A stretch of 64,000 bases of DNA from Myxococcales bacterium (GTDB taxonomy: Bacteria > Myxococcota > Myxococcia > Myxococcales > Anaeromyxobacteraceae): the NCBI GenBank assembly GCA_038320275.1, contig JBBQEB010000002.1:19473-83472 (forward strand), in the 5' to 3' direction. Shown piece by piece: positions 40,371 to 50,981 of this stretch; positions within the stretch are counted from its first letter, which is position 1; each line of letters starts with the position of its first letter. Below the pieces are notes generated by a model. It ran no database searches. It was not told where the DNA came from and saw nothing but the letters and a program-made list of their open reading frames with translations. The position numbers and the translations under genes are program-made.

Positions 40371-41891
40371 ATGACCACGCTTGCCGCACCCATGCTCGCT
40401 GGGCTCCTCGCGCTCGCCGCGGCGCCCCGCGCCGGGCCGGCCGCGCCTCCGGTTTCGCCCTCCGGCACGCCGGCCGGAGCGAAGGCGGCCAGGGCGCCCG
40501 GGGTGCTGGAGCTGCGCCGGCCCGCCACGCCCGAGTGGTTCGGCCTGTATCTCATGGGCAAGAAGGCCGGCTGGTCCGTGTCGTCGGTGCGCCAGGAGGT
40601 GCGCCAGGGCCGCAAGGTGGTGGTGGCCAGCACGGAGTCGGTGGTCTCCGGCCTGGTGGGGGGTCGACAGGTGCAGCGCTCCCAGTCCGACGAGAAGGTG
40701 TACGAGGCCCGGCCTGGCGGGCGGCTGCTCGGGTTCAAGAGCACGCGCAAGGGGGACGGCGGCGACCGCTCCGTTGAGGGCCGCTGCGAGGGCGAGCGCT
40801 GCAGGGCCCTGCTGGTGGCCGAGGGGCAGCGGCAGGAGCTGCCCATCCCCGGGGTGACCGAAACGGTGGAACAGGCCGACGGCGCGCGGCTGGCAGCGGC
40901 CCGGCGCGGGAGCGTGGAGGGCCAGCAGCTCGACCTCGAGAAGCTGCGGCTGAAGCCGATGCGCGACCGCTGGGTGGGGTCGGCCCGCGTGGCCGCCGCC
41001 GGCGTGCAGGCCGAGGTGGAGCTGGTGGAGGAGCTGGAGGAGGGGGACCGTGCCGCCACGCGGGTGTCCATCGCTCCCGATGGAAGAATCGTGGAGCTCC
41101 GCCTGGGCGACGCCGTCGTGGCGAGGGCCGAGCCGGAGGAGACGGCCAAGCGGCTCGACAAGGTGGACCTGTTCGCGCTCACCCGGGTGAAGCTGCCGCA
41201 CGCGCTGCCGCGCACGGTCCCCGGCGAGGTGCGGTACGTGCTGACCGGCGTGCCGGCCGGGTTCCAGGCGGAGGATCCCCGCCAGCGCTGGGCCGCGCGG
41301 GAGGGGGGCGCGGTCGAGCTCACCGTCCAGGCGCGCCGGCCCGCGGCGGAAGATCCGGCGAAGGACGCGGCCCGCGCCCGGCTGGCGGCGGCCGGCGGCG
41401 ACGAGCTCCTGGCGCCCACGCCCGAGGTGGACGCCGATGCCCCCGCCATCCGGCGCCTCGCGGCCGAGGTGGTGGGCTCGACCCCGGGGACTTACGCGGC
41501 CAGCGTGAAGCTCGTCCACCACGTGTACCGGCGGCTGGAGAAGGCGTACGGCGTCTCGCGGGACCGCGCGAGCGAGGTGCTGGTGCTGGGCAAGGGAGAC
41601 TGCACGGAGCACGCCCTCCTCTTCACGGCGCTCGCCAGGGCGGCGGGGATCCCCGCGCGCCAGGTGCACGGGCTCGTGTACGCGCGCTACGACGACGGCG
41701 TGGACGGCCTCTACTGGCACGCCTGGGTGGAGGTGAGGAGCGGGACAGAGTGGATCGCGGTCGATCCCACCTTCGACCAGGAGGTGGCGGACGCGACGCA
41801 CATCGTGCTCGGCCGCGGGCCGCAGGTCGACACGGTGGGCCTCCTGGGCGCGCTGCAGGTGGCCTCCGCGGAGCCGGTCGCGAGCCCGTGA
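40371..41891 (+). CDS. secreted transglutaminase-like domain protein
   Basis: Signal peptide; GDCTEHA, HAWVEV and W..DPT catalytic triad motifs. Confidence 0.88.
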   Translation: MTTLAAPMLAGLLALAAAPRAGPAAPPVSPSGTPAGAKAARAPGVLELRRPATPEWFGLYLMGKKAGWSVSSVRQEVRQGRKVVVASTESVVSGLVGGRQVQRSQSDEKVYEARPGGRLLGFKSTRKGDGGDRSVEGRCEGERCRALLVAEGQRQELPIPGVTETVEQADGARLAAARRGSVEGQQLDLEKLRLKPMRDRWVGSARVAAAGVQAEVELVEELEEGDRAATRVSIAPDGRIVELRLGDAVVARAEPEETAKRLDKVDLFALTRVKLPHALPRTVPGEVRYVLTGVPAGFQAEDPRQRWAAREGGAVELTVQARRPAAEDPAKDAARARLAAAGGDELLAPTPEVDADAPAIRRLAAEVVGSTPGTYAASVKLVHHVYRRLEKAYGVSRDRASEVLVLGKGDCTEHALLFTALARAAGIPARQVHGLVYARYDDGVDGLYWHAWVEVRSGTEWIAVDPTFDQEVADATHIVLGRGPQVDTVGLLGALQVASAEPVASP

Positions 41892-41985
41892 TCCGGAGGC
41901 GAGGCGCCGCCGCGTCCGAATCGACGCCACGCCCGGCGCCGGGGCGCTACAATGCCCGTCCTTTTCCGATCTGGAGAACGCACCC

Positions 41986-42399
41986 ATGAACGGCCTCGAC
42001 CATGTCGCCATCCTCGTCTCGGACCTCGACGCGGCCATCGCGCTCTACCGCGACGTCTACGGCCTCGAGCTGGCCGAGGTGGAGGAGGTGCCGAGCGAGA
42101 AGGTGCGGGTCGCCATCTTCGGGCACGGCTCGGGCCGCATCGAGCTCGTCTCTCCGCTCGGCCCCGACAGCCCCATGGCGGCCACCCTCGCCAAGCGCGG
42201 CGAGGGGCTGCACCACGTCTGCCTCGAGGTGCCCGACATCGAGAAGGCCATGTCCGCGCTCTCGGCCCGGGGCGCGCCGCTGCTCGACAAGGTTCCGCGC
42301 CCAGGCGCGGGGGGCGCCAGGGTGGCGTTCGTGCATCCCAAGGGCAGCAAGGGCGTGCTGGTGGAGCTGCGGCAGGGGCCGCCTGCCCAAACGCCGTGA
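41986..42399 (+). CDS. mce: methylmalonyl-CoA epimerase (VOC fold)
   Basis: LDHVAI, IELV, GEGLHHV, AFVHPK...GVLVEL. Confidence 0.9.
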   Translation: MNGLDHVAILVSDLDAAIALYRDVYGLELAEVEEVPSEKVRVAIFGHGSGRIELVSPLGPDSPMAATLAKRGEGLHHVCLEVPDIEKAMSALSARGAPLLDKVPRPGAGGARVAFVHPKGSKGVLVELRQGPPAQTP

Positions 42400-42473
42400 G
42401 CACCGCGGAGCGCGATTTGAGAAACCCGTCACACATCGGGGAGCGCCCCCTGGCGCCCCTCCAGAGGTCATCC

Positions 42474-44546
42474 ATGTCACGGCTGTCCACCGCGCTGCTC
42501 GCGGCCGTCTTGATCGTCCCGGCCTTCTCCCGCGCGCAGGGGGCGGGCCCCACCGGAACCTCCAGCAAGCCGGCCAACCCCGCGGGGCCGGCCACCGGTG
42601 TAACGGCGGGCGGGACGCCGGACGCCGCAGCCCCGGGGGCGTCCAGCTCCGGAGCGAGCGCCCCTGCCGCCGGCGCCAGCGGCACGGGCAAGGACGCGCC
42701 CGCTCCGCCGCGACCGTCGCTCTCGCCAGCCCCGTTGCCAGGGGCGCCGGGCCAGCCCGCGGCGGCCTCGACCGAGCTCGACCCAGCCACCCGCGACCTC
42801 GTCCGGCGCGAGGTGGAGAAGGCCAAGGAGGAGATGCGCGACGAGATGCGCGCCGAGGTGCAGGGGGCGCAGTCGGCCCGAGAGTTCATGGAGACCTCCG
42901 CGGCCGGCGAGCGCCCGAGGCTCGAGTTCCTCCAGCTCAACGGCTACCTGCGCGTCCGCGGCGACCTCTTCGACAACCTCGACCTGCGCCGCGATCCGGG
43001 CCCGTCCGGCTACTCCCTGTTCCCGAGGCCGCTCGTGGACCCCGATCACCGCGGCACGCTCACCACCGCCAACACGCGCTTCCGGCTGGAGCCCACGCTC
43101 AACGTCTCCGAGCAGGTGCGGGTGCTGGCACAGGTCGACATGCTCGACAACCTCGTGCTGGGATCGACGCCGCAGGGGCTCTTCGCGCGCTCGGATGGCG
43201 TCGCCTTTCCCTTGGACGTCCGCACCCAGGTGCCGCCCGCCGACGGCGTCAACGCCGACCGCAGCTCGATCGTGGTGAAGCGCGCCTGGGCCGAGGTGCA
43301 GACGCCGGTGGGGCTCCTCTCCTTCGGGCGCATGCCGTCCTCCTGGGGGCTCGGCATCCTGTCGCACGCCGGGAACGGCATCGACGACGACTACGGCGAC
43401 AGCGTCGACCGGCTGCAGTTCGCGCTGACGCCGCTCAAGACGCCGCTCGGGCAGCTGGTGCTCGTGCCCATGTACGAGATCGTCGCGACCGGCGTCACCT
43501 CGCAGGATCTGAGGGTGGCTCGCGGGCTGGGGCAGCCCTTCGACCGCGACTCGTCCGACGACGCCAAGGCGTACGGCGTGAAGATCCTTCGCATGGACAC
43601 CGAGGAGGAGACGAAGCGCAAGCTCGAGCGGGACGAGACGAGCTCGTCCTTCGGCCTCTGGTACATGTACAAGTCGCAGGCCTACGCCTTTCCGCAATGG
43701 GCTGCGTCGAGCACGCTGCCCTCCACCGGCCAGCCGGTGGCGAACGACGCAGGCACCGGGACCACCGGGTCCAACGACGCGGTGGGGACCCCGGTGAAGC
43801 GCGAAGCCACCGCGCACGTGCTCGACTTCTGGTGGAAGCGTCAGTCGCGCCGCTTCCGCTTCGAGGGAGAGCTGGTCGGGCTCTTCGGCCAGATCGCGAA
43901 CGCGGGCACCGACGTCGCCCCGGTGGGCCCCGTGCTGCTGCGGCAGTTCGGCGGGAACGTGCAGGCGGGCTGGAAGTTCGCCGATGGCAAGCTGACGCTG
44001 GGCGGCGAGCTGGGGATGGCCAGCGGGGACAGGAACCCGGGCTTCGGCAACCGCCCCGGGCGCGGCCCCGCCCGCTGCGGGGTCGGCACCCTCGGGGTCC
44101 GGGACTGCGACGTGGACGGCGCGCAGTTCGACCCGGGCGACGGCACGCTGGCGCACCCGGCCGACCGCGTGCTCGACATCCGGAACTTCCGGTTCAACCC
44201 CGCCTACCGGGTGGACCTCATCCTCTGGCGCGAGGTCCTGCAAGGCGTGACCGACGCGGCCTACCTCAAGCCCACCGTCCGCTACGAGCTCATCGAAGGG
44301 CTCGCCGCGCAGGCGGCGGTGGTCTACTCGCAGGCGGTGTACGCGAGCTCGACGCCGTCGGGCACGCACGCGCCGCTCGGACTGGAGCTCGACCTGGGCC
44401 TCTCCTACCAGTCGGACGACGGCTTCATCGCCTTCCTGAATTACGGGCTCCTGCAGCCGCTCTCCGGGCTCGGGTACGAGAATCCCGAGGGGCGCAGCCT
44501 CTCCCGCGCCCACGCCATCCGCTCGGGCATCGCGGTCAAGTTTTGA
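42474..44546 (+). CDS. TIGR04551-family outer-membrane beta-barrel protein
   Basis: Signal peptide, Pro/Ala linker, [37 protein letters not shown], terminal Phe. Confidence 0.8.
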   Translation: MSRLSTALLAAVLIVPAFSRAQGAGPTGTSSKPANPAGPATGVTAGGTPDAAAPGASSSGASAPAAGASGTGKDAPAPPRPSLSPAPLPGAPGQPAAASTELDPATRDLVRREVEKAKEEMRDEMRAEVQGAQSAREFMETSAAGERPRLEFLQLNGYLRVRGDLFDNLDLRRDPGPSGYSLFPRPLVDPDHRGTLTTANTRFRLEPTLNVSEQVRVLAQVDMLDNLVLGSTPQGLFARSDGVAFPLDVRTQVPPADGVNADRSSIVVKRAWAEVQTPVGLLSFGRMPSSWGLGILSHAGNGIDDDYGDSVDRLQFALTPLKTPLGQLVLVPMYEIVATGVTSQDLRVARGLGQPFDRDSSDDAKAYGVKILRMDTEEETKRKLERDETSSSFGLWYMYKSQAYAFPQWAASSTLPSTGQPVANDAGTGTTGSNDAVGTPVKREATAHVLDFWWKRQSRRFRFEGELVGLFGQIANAGTDVAPVGPVLLRQFGGNVQAGWKFADGKLTLGGELGMASGDRNPGFGNRPGRGPARCGVGTLGVRDCDVDGAQFDPGDGTLAHPADRVLDIRNFRFNPAYRVDLILWREVLQGVTDAAYLKPTVRYELIEGLAAQAAVVYSQAVYASSTPSGTHAPLGLELDLGLSYQSDDGFIAFLNYGLLQPLSGLGYENPEGRSLSRAHAIRSGIAVKF

Positions 44547-45946
44547 AGAAGCGCGGTGCGCGGGCGAAGCCGGTCTCCAGGGCGGCGCTGGCCGGCGAGG
44601 CCGACCCGCGGCTCGTCGCCCTGTCAGTCTCCATCGGCGAGGACGCCGCGTTGTTCGAGGAGGACATCTGGGGCAGCCGCGCGCACGCGGCGATGCTGGG
44701 AAAGACGGGGATCATCCCGGCGCGCGCCGCCCGCCGCATCGACGCCGGGCTGGCCCAGGTGCGCGAGGAGTTCGCCGCCGGCGCGATCCGCCTCGACCCC
44801 GCGCTGGAGGACGTGCACACCCACGTCGAGCGGCGGCTGGGTGAGCTCATCGGACCCGATGCCGGCTACCTCCACGCCGGGCGGAGCCGCAACGACCAGG
44901 TGGCGCTCGACGAGCGGCTCTTCATCGCCGGCGCCTGCGACCGCTGCGCCGCCGCGGTGGACGGGCTCATGCGCGCCCTGCTGGCGCAGGCGCGCCGGCA
45001 CGAGCGCACCATCCTGCCCGGCTATACCCACCTCCAGCGCGCGCAGCCGGTGTCGCTCGCCCATCACCTGCTCGCCCACGTGGAGGCGCTCGCCCGCGAC
45101 CGGGAGCGCTTCGGCGAGGTGCGCAGGCGGGCGGCGGTGTCGCCCCTCGGCTCGGGCGCGCTCGCGGGGACCACGCTCCCCATCGACCGGCAGGCGACGG
45201 CCGACGCGCTCGGGCTCCCCGCCGTGACCCAGAACTCGCTCGACGCCGTGGCCGATCGCGACAGCGCCATCGAGCTCGCCTTCGCCTGCGCGCTGGCGGC
45301 CGTACACCTGTCGCGGCTGGGCGAGGAGATCGTCCTCTGGACGACGCGCGAGTTCGGCTTCATGACGCTCTCGGACGCCTTCTCCACCGGCTCGTCGCTC
45401 ATGCCGCAGAAGAAGAATCCCGACGTGGGAGAGCTGGCGCGCGGCCGCGCGGGGCGGGCCATCGGGGATCTGGTGGGCCTCCTCGCCATCGCGAAGGGGC
45501 TCCCGCTCTCGTACAACCGCGATCTGCAGGAGGACAAGCGCGCGCTGCTGGGCGCGCCGGAGGGGCTCGTCCCCACGCTGGAGGCGCTGTCCGGCGCGGT
45601 GGAGACGGCCACCTTCCACACGGAGGTCATGGCCGCCGCGCTCGGCTCCGGCGAGGCGCTCGCCACCGACGCTGCCGAGTACCTGGTGGAGAAGGGCGTG
45701 CCGTTCCGCGAGGCGCACGAGGCGGTGGGCGCGGCGGCGGCCTTCGCCACCCGCGAGGGGAGATCGCTGGGCGCGCTCACGCCGGCCGAATGGCGCGCGC
45801 TCCACCCGAAGTTCGAAGCCGACGTGGTGAAGCGATTCGACGCGCGGGAGAGCCTGTCGAGGCGCGAGATCCCCGGGGCGCCCGGGCCGAAGCAGGTCCG
45901 CTCCCAGCTCGCGCGCTGGGAGAAGAGGCTCGGGACGAAGGGATGA
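44543..45946 (+). CDS. argH: argininosuccinate lyase
   Basis: [37 protein letters not shown] start overlaps the previous stop. Confidence 0.97.
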   Translation: MKKRGARAKPVSRAALAGEADPRLVALSVSIGEDAALFEEDIWGSRAHAAMLGKTGIIPARAARRIDAGLAQVREEFAAGAIRLDPALEDVHTHVERRLGELIGPDAGYLHAGRSRNDQVALDERLFIAGACDRCAAAVDGLMRALLAQARRHERTILPGYTHLQRAQPVSLAHHLLAHVEALARDRERFGEVRRRAAVSPLGSGALAGTTLPIDRQATADALGLPAVTQNSLDAVADRDSAIELAFACALAAVHLSRLGEEIVLWTTREFGFMTLSDAFSTGSSLMPQKKNPDVGELARGRAGRAIGDLVGLLAIAKGLPLSYNRDLQEDKRALLGAPEGLVPTLEALSGAVETATFHTEVMAAALGSGEALATDAAEYLVEKGVPFREAHEAVGAAAAFATREGRSLGALTPAEWRALHPKFEADVVKRFDARESLSRREIPGAPGPKQVRSQLARWEKRLGTKG

Positions 45947-46191
45947 GCGCGCGCGTCCACTCCGCATGCACGGCCTTCGCCGCGGCGGCAGTGCTGGCCC
46001 TCGGCTGCGGCGTCAAGGCGCCGCCCCGCCCGCCGCTCCCGCGATCGTCCGCGCCCTCCGCCGATGCCGGTCGGGGCGCCGAAGCGAGCGCCAGTCCGAG
46101 CGCCGGGGCACCGGATGCTGGCGCTGCCGTCTCATCGCCGGACGCGAGCTCGGCGGCGCCGCTCACCGCCGCGGATGGAGGCGCCCCGTGA
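45943..46191 (+). CDS. small lipoprotein, LptM/YifL-like
   Basis: Lipobox LALGC followed by GVKAPPRPP; sits between argH and lysA with overlaps on both sides. Confidence 0.75.
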   Translation: MSARVHSACTAFAAAAVLALGCGVKAPPRPPLPRSSAPSADAGRGAEASASPSAGAPDAGAAVSSPDASSAAPLTAADGGAP

Positions 46192-47471
46192 ACCACTTTC
46201 GCCGGAAGCGCGGCGTCCTGTACGCGGAGGACATCCCGCTCCGAGGCCTCGCCGAGGCGTACGGCACGCCGCTCTACGTCTACTCGACCGCGACCCTCAC
46301 CCGGCACGTGAAGGTGCTGGAGCGCTCCCTGCGCGGGCTGCGCCACCTCCTGTGCTACGCAGTGAAGGCCAACTCCAACCTGGCGGTGCTGACGCTCCTC
46401 GCGCGGCTCGGCACCGGGTTCGACATCGTCTCGGCCGGAGAGCTGCACCGCGTCCTCCTCGCCGGCGGCGATCCGGGAAAGACGGTGTTCAGCGGCGTGG
46501 GCAAGCGCGACGACGAGATCGCCTTCGCGCTGGAGCGCGGGGTGCGGGTGCTCGACGTCGAGAGCGCGGAGGAGCTGCGGCGCGTGGCGGCCGTCGCGGC
46601 GCGGCTCGGCCGGCGGGCGCCGGTGGCCCTGCGGGTGAACCCCGCCGTCGACCCGAAGACGCACCCGTACATCGCGACCGGGCTCCGAGAGTCGAAGTTC
46701 GGCGTGTCGATGGAGGAGGCCCGGAAGCTCTACGCCTGGGCGGCGGCGCAGCCGACGCTCGAGGTGAAGGGCGCCGCCATGCACATCGGCTCGCAGATCA
46801 CCGAGCTGCAGCCCTTCCTCGACGCCATCGCGCGGCTGCTCGCGCTCGCGAGCGATCTCGGCGGGGCGGGGATCCACTTGTCCCACCTCGACATCGGCGG
46901 CGGGCTCGGGATTCCCTACGGCGAGGAGGTCCCTCCACATCCCGACGCCTACGGCGCGGCGGTGAAGGGGGCGCTCCGAAGCTGGAAGGGTGAGGTGTTC
47001 CTGGAGCCGGGGCGCGTGCTGGTGGGCAACGCGGGCGTCCTCCTCACGCGCGTGCTTTACCGAAAGCGGAATGGCCGCCGGAACTTCGTGGTGGTGGACG
47101 CGGGCATGAACGACCTCGTGCGCCCTTCCTTCTACGGCGCCCATCACGACATCGAGCCGGTAGGGCGACCCTCGGTTTCCCGCATGCTGTGCGACGTGGT
47201 GGGCCCGGTCTGCGAGTCCTCCGACTTCCTGGCGCGCAAGCGGGAGCTTCCGGAGGTGGCCGCCGGAGAGCTCCTCTGCGTGCGCTCGGCGGGCGCCTAC
47301 GGTTTCACCATGTCCTCGAGCTACAACTCCCGTCCGCGCGCCGCCGAGGTCCTGGTGGACGGCTCGACCGCCTACCTGGCGCGCGAGCGCGAGACCCTGG
47401 ACGACCTCGTCCGCGGCGAGACGCCGCGCCCCAGAGGGCGGCGCTTCGGCTCGCGCCGGAAACTGGGGTAG
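46188..47471 (+). CDS. lysA: diaminopimelate decarboxylase
   Basis: [36 protein letters not shown]. Confidence 0.97.
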   Translation: MNHFRRKRGVLYAEDIPLRGLAEAYGTPLYVYSTATLTRHVKVLERSLRGLRHLLCYAVKANSNLAVLTLLARLGTGFDIVSAGELHRVLLAGGDPGKTVFSGVGKRDDEIAFALERGVRVLDVESAEELRRVAAVAARLGRRAPVALRVNPAVDPKTHPYIATGLRESKFGVSMEEARKLYAWAAAQPTLEVKGAAMHIGSQITELQPFLDAIARLLALASDLGGAGIHLSHLDIGGGLGIPYGEEVPPHPDAYGAAVKGALRSWKGEVFLEPGRVLVGNAGVLLTRVLYRKRNGRRNFVVVDAGMNDLVRPSFYGAHHDIEPVGRPSVSRMLCDVVGPVCESSDFLARKRELPEVAAGELLCVRSAGAYGFTMSSSYNSRPRAAEVLVDGSTAYLARERETLDDLVRGETPRPRGRRFGSRRKLG

Positions 47472-47509
47472 ATTCGCCCGTTCTCCACGCCGCTCGGCGG
47501 AGGTCCGGA

Positions 47510-48394
47510 ATGCGCTTGCAGGGCTCGATGGTGGCCATCGTGACGCCGATGAACGGCGGCGAGGTGGACCTGCGCGCGCTGCGCGAGCTGGTGGAGTGGC
47601 AGCTCGCCGAGGGCACCGAGGGGATCGTGCCGTGCGGCACCACGGGGGAGGGCGTGACGCTCACCGTGGCCGAGCGCGCCGAGGTGGTGCGCGCGGTGGT
47701 GGAGACGGTGCGCGGGCGCGTCCCCGTCATCGCCGGCGCCGGCAGCAACGCCACCCACGAGTGCATCGCGGCGGTGCGGAGCGCGAAGCAGCTGGGTGCG
47801 GACGCCGCGCTCGTCGTGACCCCCTACTACAACAAGCCCACGCAGGAGGGGCTGTTCCGCCACTACCTCGCCATCGCAGAGGCAGTCCGGTTTCCGGTGG
47901 TGGCGTACAACGTCCCTTCGCGCACCTCGGGCGACCTGCTCCCGGAGACGGTGGAGCGGCTGGTGAAGGCCAAGGCCATCGTCGGCATCAAGGAGGCGAC
48001 GGCCAGCATGGACCGCCAGGTGCAGCTGGTCGAGCGCGTGGGGAGGGACGCCATCGCCTTCCTCTCCGGCGACGACTACACGGTTCTGCCGTACATCGCC
48101 TGCGGCGGGCACGGCGTCATCTCGGTGGTCGCCAACGTCGCCCCGCGCGCGGCGCGCGAGCTGGTGTCGGCGGCGCTCCGGGGCGACCACGACGACGCGC
48201 TCGCGAAGCAGGTCGCGCTGGCGGAGCTCAACCGGGCGCTCTTCCTCGAGACGAACCCCGGCCCGGTGAAGGCGGCGGTGGCGCTCCTGGGCCGGGCGCG
48301 CCCGGAGCTGCGGCTGCCGCTCGCTCCGGTGTCCGACGCGAACCTCGACAAGCTGCGAGACGCCATGGTGCGCTTCGGGCTGGCGCTCGCGTGA
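47510..48394 (+). CDS. dapA: 4-hydroxy-tetrahydrodipicolinate synthase
   Basis: GTTGE, TPYYNKP, YNVPSRT, GIKEA, SGDD. Confidence 0.96.
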   Translation: MRLQGSMVAIVTPMNGGEVDLRALRELVEWQLAEGTEGIVPCGTTGEGVTLTVAERAEVVRAVVETVRGRVPVIAGAGSNATHECIAAVRSAKQLGADAALVVTPYYNKPTQEGLFRHYLAIAEAVRFPVVAYNVPSRTSGDLLPETVERLVKAKAIVGIKEATASMDRQVQLVERVGRDAIAFLSGDDYTVLPYIACGGHGVISVVANVAPRAARELVSAALRGDHDDALAKQVALAELNRALFLETNPGPVKAAVALLGRARPELRLPLAPVSDANLDKLRDAMVRFGLALA

Positions 48395-49224
48395 CCTCCG
48401 TCCCGCCGGTTCGCGTGGGCGTCGTCGTCACCGGCGCCGGCGGCCGCATGGGCGGCGAGCTGCTGCGCGCGCTGCGCGACGCCGAGGGGCTCGCCCTGGT
48501 GGGCGCCACCGAGCGGCCAGGGGTCGCCGATGGACAGGATGCGGGGGTGGTCGCCGGAGGCGCGCCGCTCGACGTCCCGGTGGAGCCCAGCCTGCACGCC
48601 GCCCTCGGTCGCGGCGCCGGGGTGGTGATCGACTTCACCAGCTTCGAGGCGTCCGCTGCGCACGCAGAGGTGTGTGCCGAGCGCGGCGTGGCCCTCGTCA
48701 TCGGCTCCACCGGGGCGACCCCGGCGGCCCGGGCGCGGGTGGACGCTGCCGCCCGCCGCATCCCCATCGTCGTCTCGCCCAACATGAGCCCGGGCGTGAA
48801 CGTGCTCTTCGCCCTCGTTTGTGACGCCGCCCGCGCCCTCGGCGACGGCTACGACGTCGAGATCCTGGAGCTGCACCACCGCAACAAGCGCGACGCGCCG
48901 AGCGGCACCGCCCTGCGACTGGCGGAGATCGCGGCGGGGGCGCTCGGCCGGGATCCCGTGGGTGACCTCACCTTCGCCCGCCACGGCCTCGTCGGCGCGA
49001 GGCCGGCCCGCGAGATCGGCGTGCAGACGCTACGGGGCGGCGACGCGGTGGGGGAGCACACCGTCTTCTTCGTGGGCCAGGGCGAAAGGCTCGAGCTCAC
49101 GCATCGCGCGACGTCGCGCGATCAGTTCGCGCGCGGGGCGCTGCGCGCCGCGCGCTGGGTGGTGGACAAGCCGCCTGGCACGTACGACATGGCGGACGTG
49201 CTCGGCCTCCGGAGGTCCCAATGA
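48391..49224 (+). CDS. dapB: 4-hydroxy-tetrahydrodipicolinate reductase
   Basis: [22 protein letters not shown]. Confidence 0.96.
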   Translation: MTSVPPVRVGVVVTGAGGRMGGELLRALRDAEGLALVGATERPGVADGQDAGVVAGGAPLDVPVEPSLHAALGRGAGVVIDFTSFEASAAHAEVCAERGVALVIGSTGATPAARARVDAAARRIPIVVSPNMSPGVNVLFALVCDAARALGDGYDVEILELHHRNKRDAPSGTALRLAEIAAGALGRDPVGDLTFARHGLVGARPAREIGVQTLRGGDAVGEHTVFFVGQGERLELTHRATSRDQFARGALRAARWVVDKPPGTYDMADVLGLRRSQ

Positions 49225-49976
49225 GGACGTGTCGCTTCAAGCGTGGTGGTCGGGTGCTCTTCGGCGTCATCGAGGGCCTCAAGGTACGGGCGCTCACCGC
49301 CGCCCCCTGGGAGGGCGGCCTCGCGGAGGGGCCGACCTACAGCCTCTCGGAGGTGAGCCTCATCTCCCCGGTCCGTCCGACCAAGGTGGTGTGCGTGGGC
49401 CGCAACTACCCGGCGCACGCCAAGGAGCTGGGACACGAGGTGCCCAAGGACCCGCTCATGTTCATCAAGCCCTCCACGGCGGTGATCGGCTCGGGCGCGG
49501 AGATCCGGCTCCCGGCGGCCTCCAAGGAGGTTCACCACGAGGCCGAGCTGGCGGTGGTGATGGGACGCACGCTCACGAACGCGACCACGGCAGCGGAGGC
49601 GCGCGAGGCGATCTTCGGCTTCACCTGCCTGAACGACGTGACGGCGCGCGACATCCAGCGGGCGGAGGGGCACTTCACCCGGGCGAAGTCGTTCGACACC
49701 TTCTGCCCCATCGGCCCGGTGATCGAGACGGAAGTGGACCCGCAGGACCTGGCCATCACCTGCCGCGTCAATGGCGAGGTGCGGCAGAGCGGCTCCACCC
49801 GCGACATGACGGTCGATCCGTACCTCCTGGTGGCCTTCATCTCGCAGGTGATGACGCTCCTGCCGGGCGACGTGGTCTCCACCGGTACGCCTGCGGGCGT
49901 GGGGCCGCTGAAGCACGGCGACTGGGTGGAGGTGGAGATCTCCGGGGTGGGCACCCTCAAGAACCCGGTGGTCTGA
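49221..49976 (+). CDS. fumarylacetoacetate hydrolase family protein
   Basis: [37 protein letters not shown]. Confidence 0.93.
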   Translation: MRTCRFKRGGRVLFGVIEGLKVRALTAAPWEGGLAEGPTYSLSEVSLISPVRPTKVVCVGRNYPAHAKELGHEVPKDPLMFIKPSTAVIGSGAEIRLPAASKEVHHEAELAVVMGRTLTNATTAAEAREAIFGFTCLNDVTARDIQRAEGHFTRAKSFDTFCPIGPVIETEVDPQDLAITCRVNGEVRQSGSTRDMTVDPYLLVAFISQVMTLLPGDVVSTGTPAGVGPLKHGDWVEVEISGVGTLKNPVV

Positions 49977-49999
49977 GCACGGTCCGGGCCCGGCTCGCG

Positions 50000-50497
50000 A
50001 TGCGCGCGTTCGTCGGGCTCGGGTCCAATCTGGGCGACCGCTGGGGCTGGCTGCGGCTCGCCTCGCGCGAGCTGCGCGCCGCGCCGGGGGTGGCGATCGT
50101 CCGCGCCTCCCGCGTGTACGACACGGAGCCGCTCGGGCCGGCGCAGCCGCGCTACTTGAACGCGGTCCTCGAGCTCGAGACCTCGCGCACGCCGGAGTCG
50201 CTGCTCGAATTGCTGGGAGCGGTGGAGGTCCGGGCGCTCCGGCGGCGCGAGCTGCACTGGGGCCCGCGCACCCTCGACCTCGACCTCCTGGCCCAGGGAA
50301 ACCTCGTCCGGCGGGGGCCGCGGCTCGTCCTGCCGCACCTGGGCATCGCCTCCCGGCGCTTCGTGCTGGTCCCCCTGGCGGAGCTCTGCGAGGCCGTGGC
50401 CTCGCCCGAGCCGGGAGCGCCGCCGCGAAGGCTCGCCGACCTCCTCCTCGCCGCGCCGCCCGGGGATGTGCGGCCCGTGGGCTCGTATCCGCTGTAG
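50000..50497 (+). CDS. folK: 2-amino-4-hydroxy-6-hydroxymethyldihydropteridine diphosphokinase
   Basis: GLGSNLGD, YLNAV, WGPRTLDLDLL, RRFVLVPL. Confidence 0.95.
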   Translation: MRAFVGLGSNLGDRWGWLRLASRELRAAPGVAIVRASRVYDTEPLGPAQPRYLNAVLELETSRTPESLLELLGAVEVRALRRRELHWGPRTLDLDLLAQGNLVRRGPRLVLPHLGIASRRFVLVPLAELCEAVASPEPGAPPRRLADLLLAAPPGDVRPVGSYPL

Positions 50498-50920
50498 GGG
50501 TGGCGCTGTCCGGAGGCGAGATCCGCCGCGCCGGGACACGGGGCGGCCGCCTTGTGCGCCTCCGTGAGCGAGCTCCCGCGCCCGGGAGACGGAGGTGCCT
50601 TCGTGAGCGTCATCCCCGCGCCGGGGACACGGAGGGGCCGTCGCCCGGGCTCCGCCGCGGATCAGGGGAGCGCGGGGCGGCTGGAGCGCGCTTCGGGTGG
50701 GCGGGGCGCGCTGCCGTAACTCGCTCGCTATCGCCGCGCGTGGGCCGCCGGTTCCGATTGCACGCTCGCTCGGACAGATGGCAGCGCGCAAGCGGGGAAG
50801 GCGCGGCGCTCCATCCGCGTCATGCGCGCGATCGCGCGCGGCTCCGCAACGGGCTCTGGCCGCCTCCGGCCCCGGCGCTCCGGCCAGCGACGACCGGCGA
50901 CCGGCGATCGGCGATCGGCG
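50498..50920 (+). repeat. structured non-coding repeat element, copy 1 (about 400 bp)
   Basis: Near-identical reverse-complement match to 52478-52888; internal hairpin modules; ends in (GAYCGGC)n heptamers. Confidence 0.92.
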
Positions 50921-50981
50921 ACCATCATGCTGCCCGAGGCTCCGCGGGACGAGATCGCCCGCGCCGGGGACGCGGGCGGCG

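Noticed and set aside
42002..45946. 1314-aa ORF suggesting a large ArgH fusion
   Set aside because: The region before 44543 is an alternate frame of mce and the TIGR04551 gene; ArgH homology starts at 44543
50498..50920. Repeat units as a CRISPR array, and ORFs predicted across both repeat copies
   Set aside because: Units are degenerate with reused rather than unique spacers, and no cas genes are present; the ORFs are low-complexity and not frame-conserved between copies
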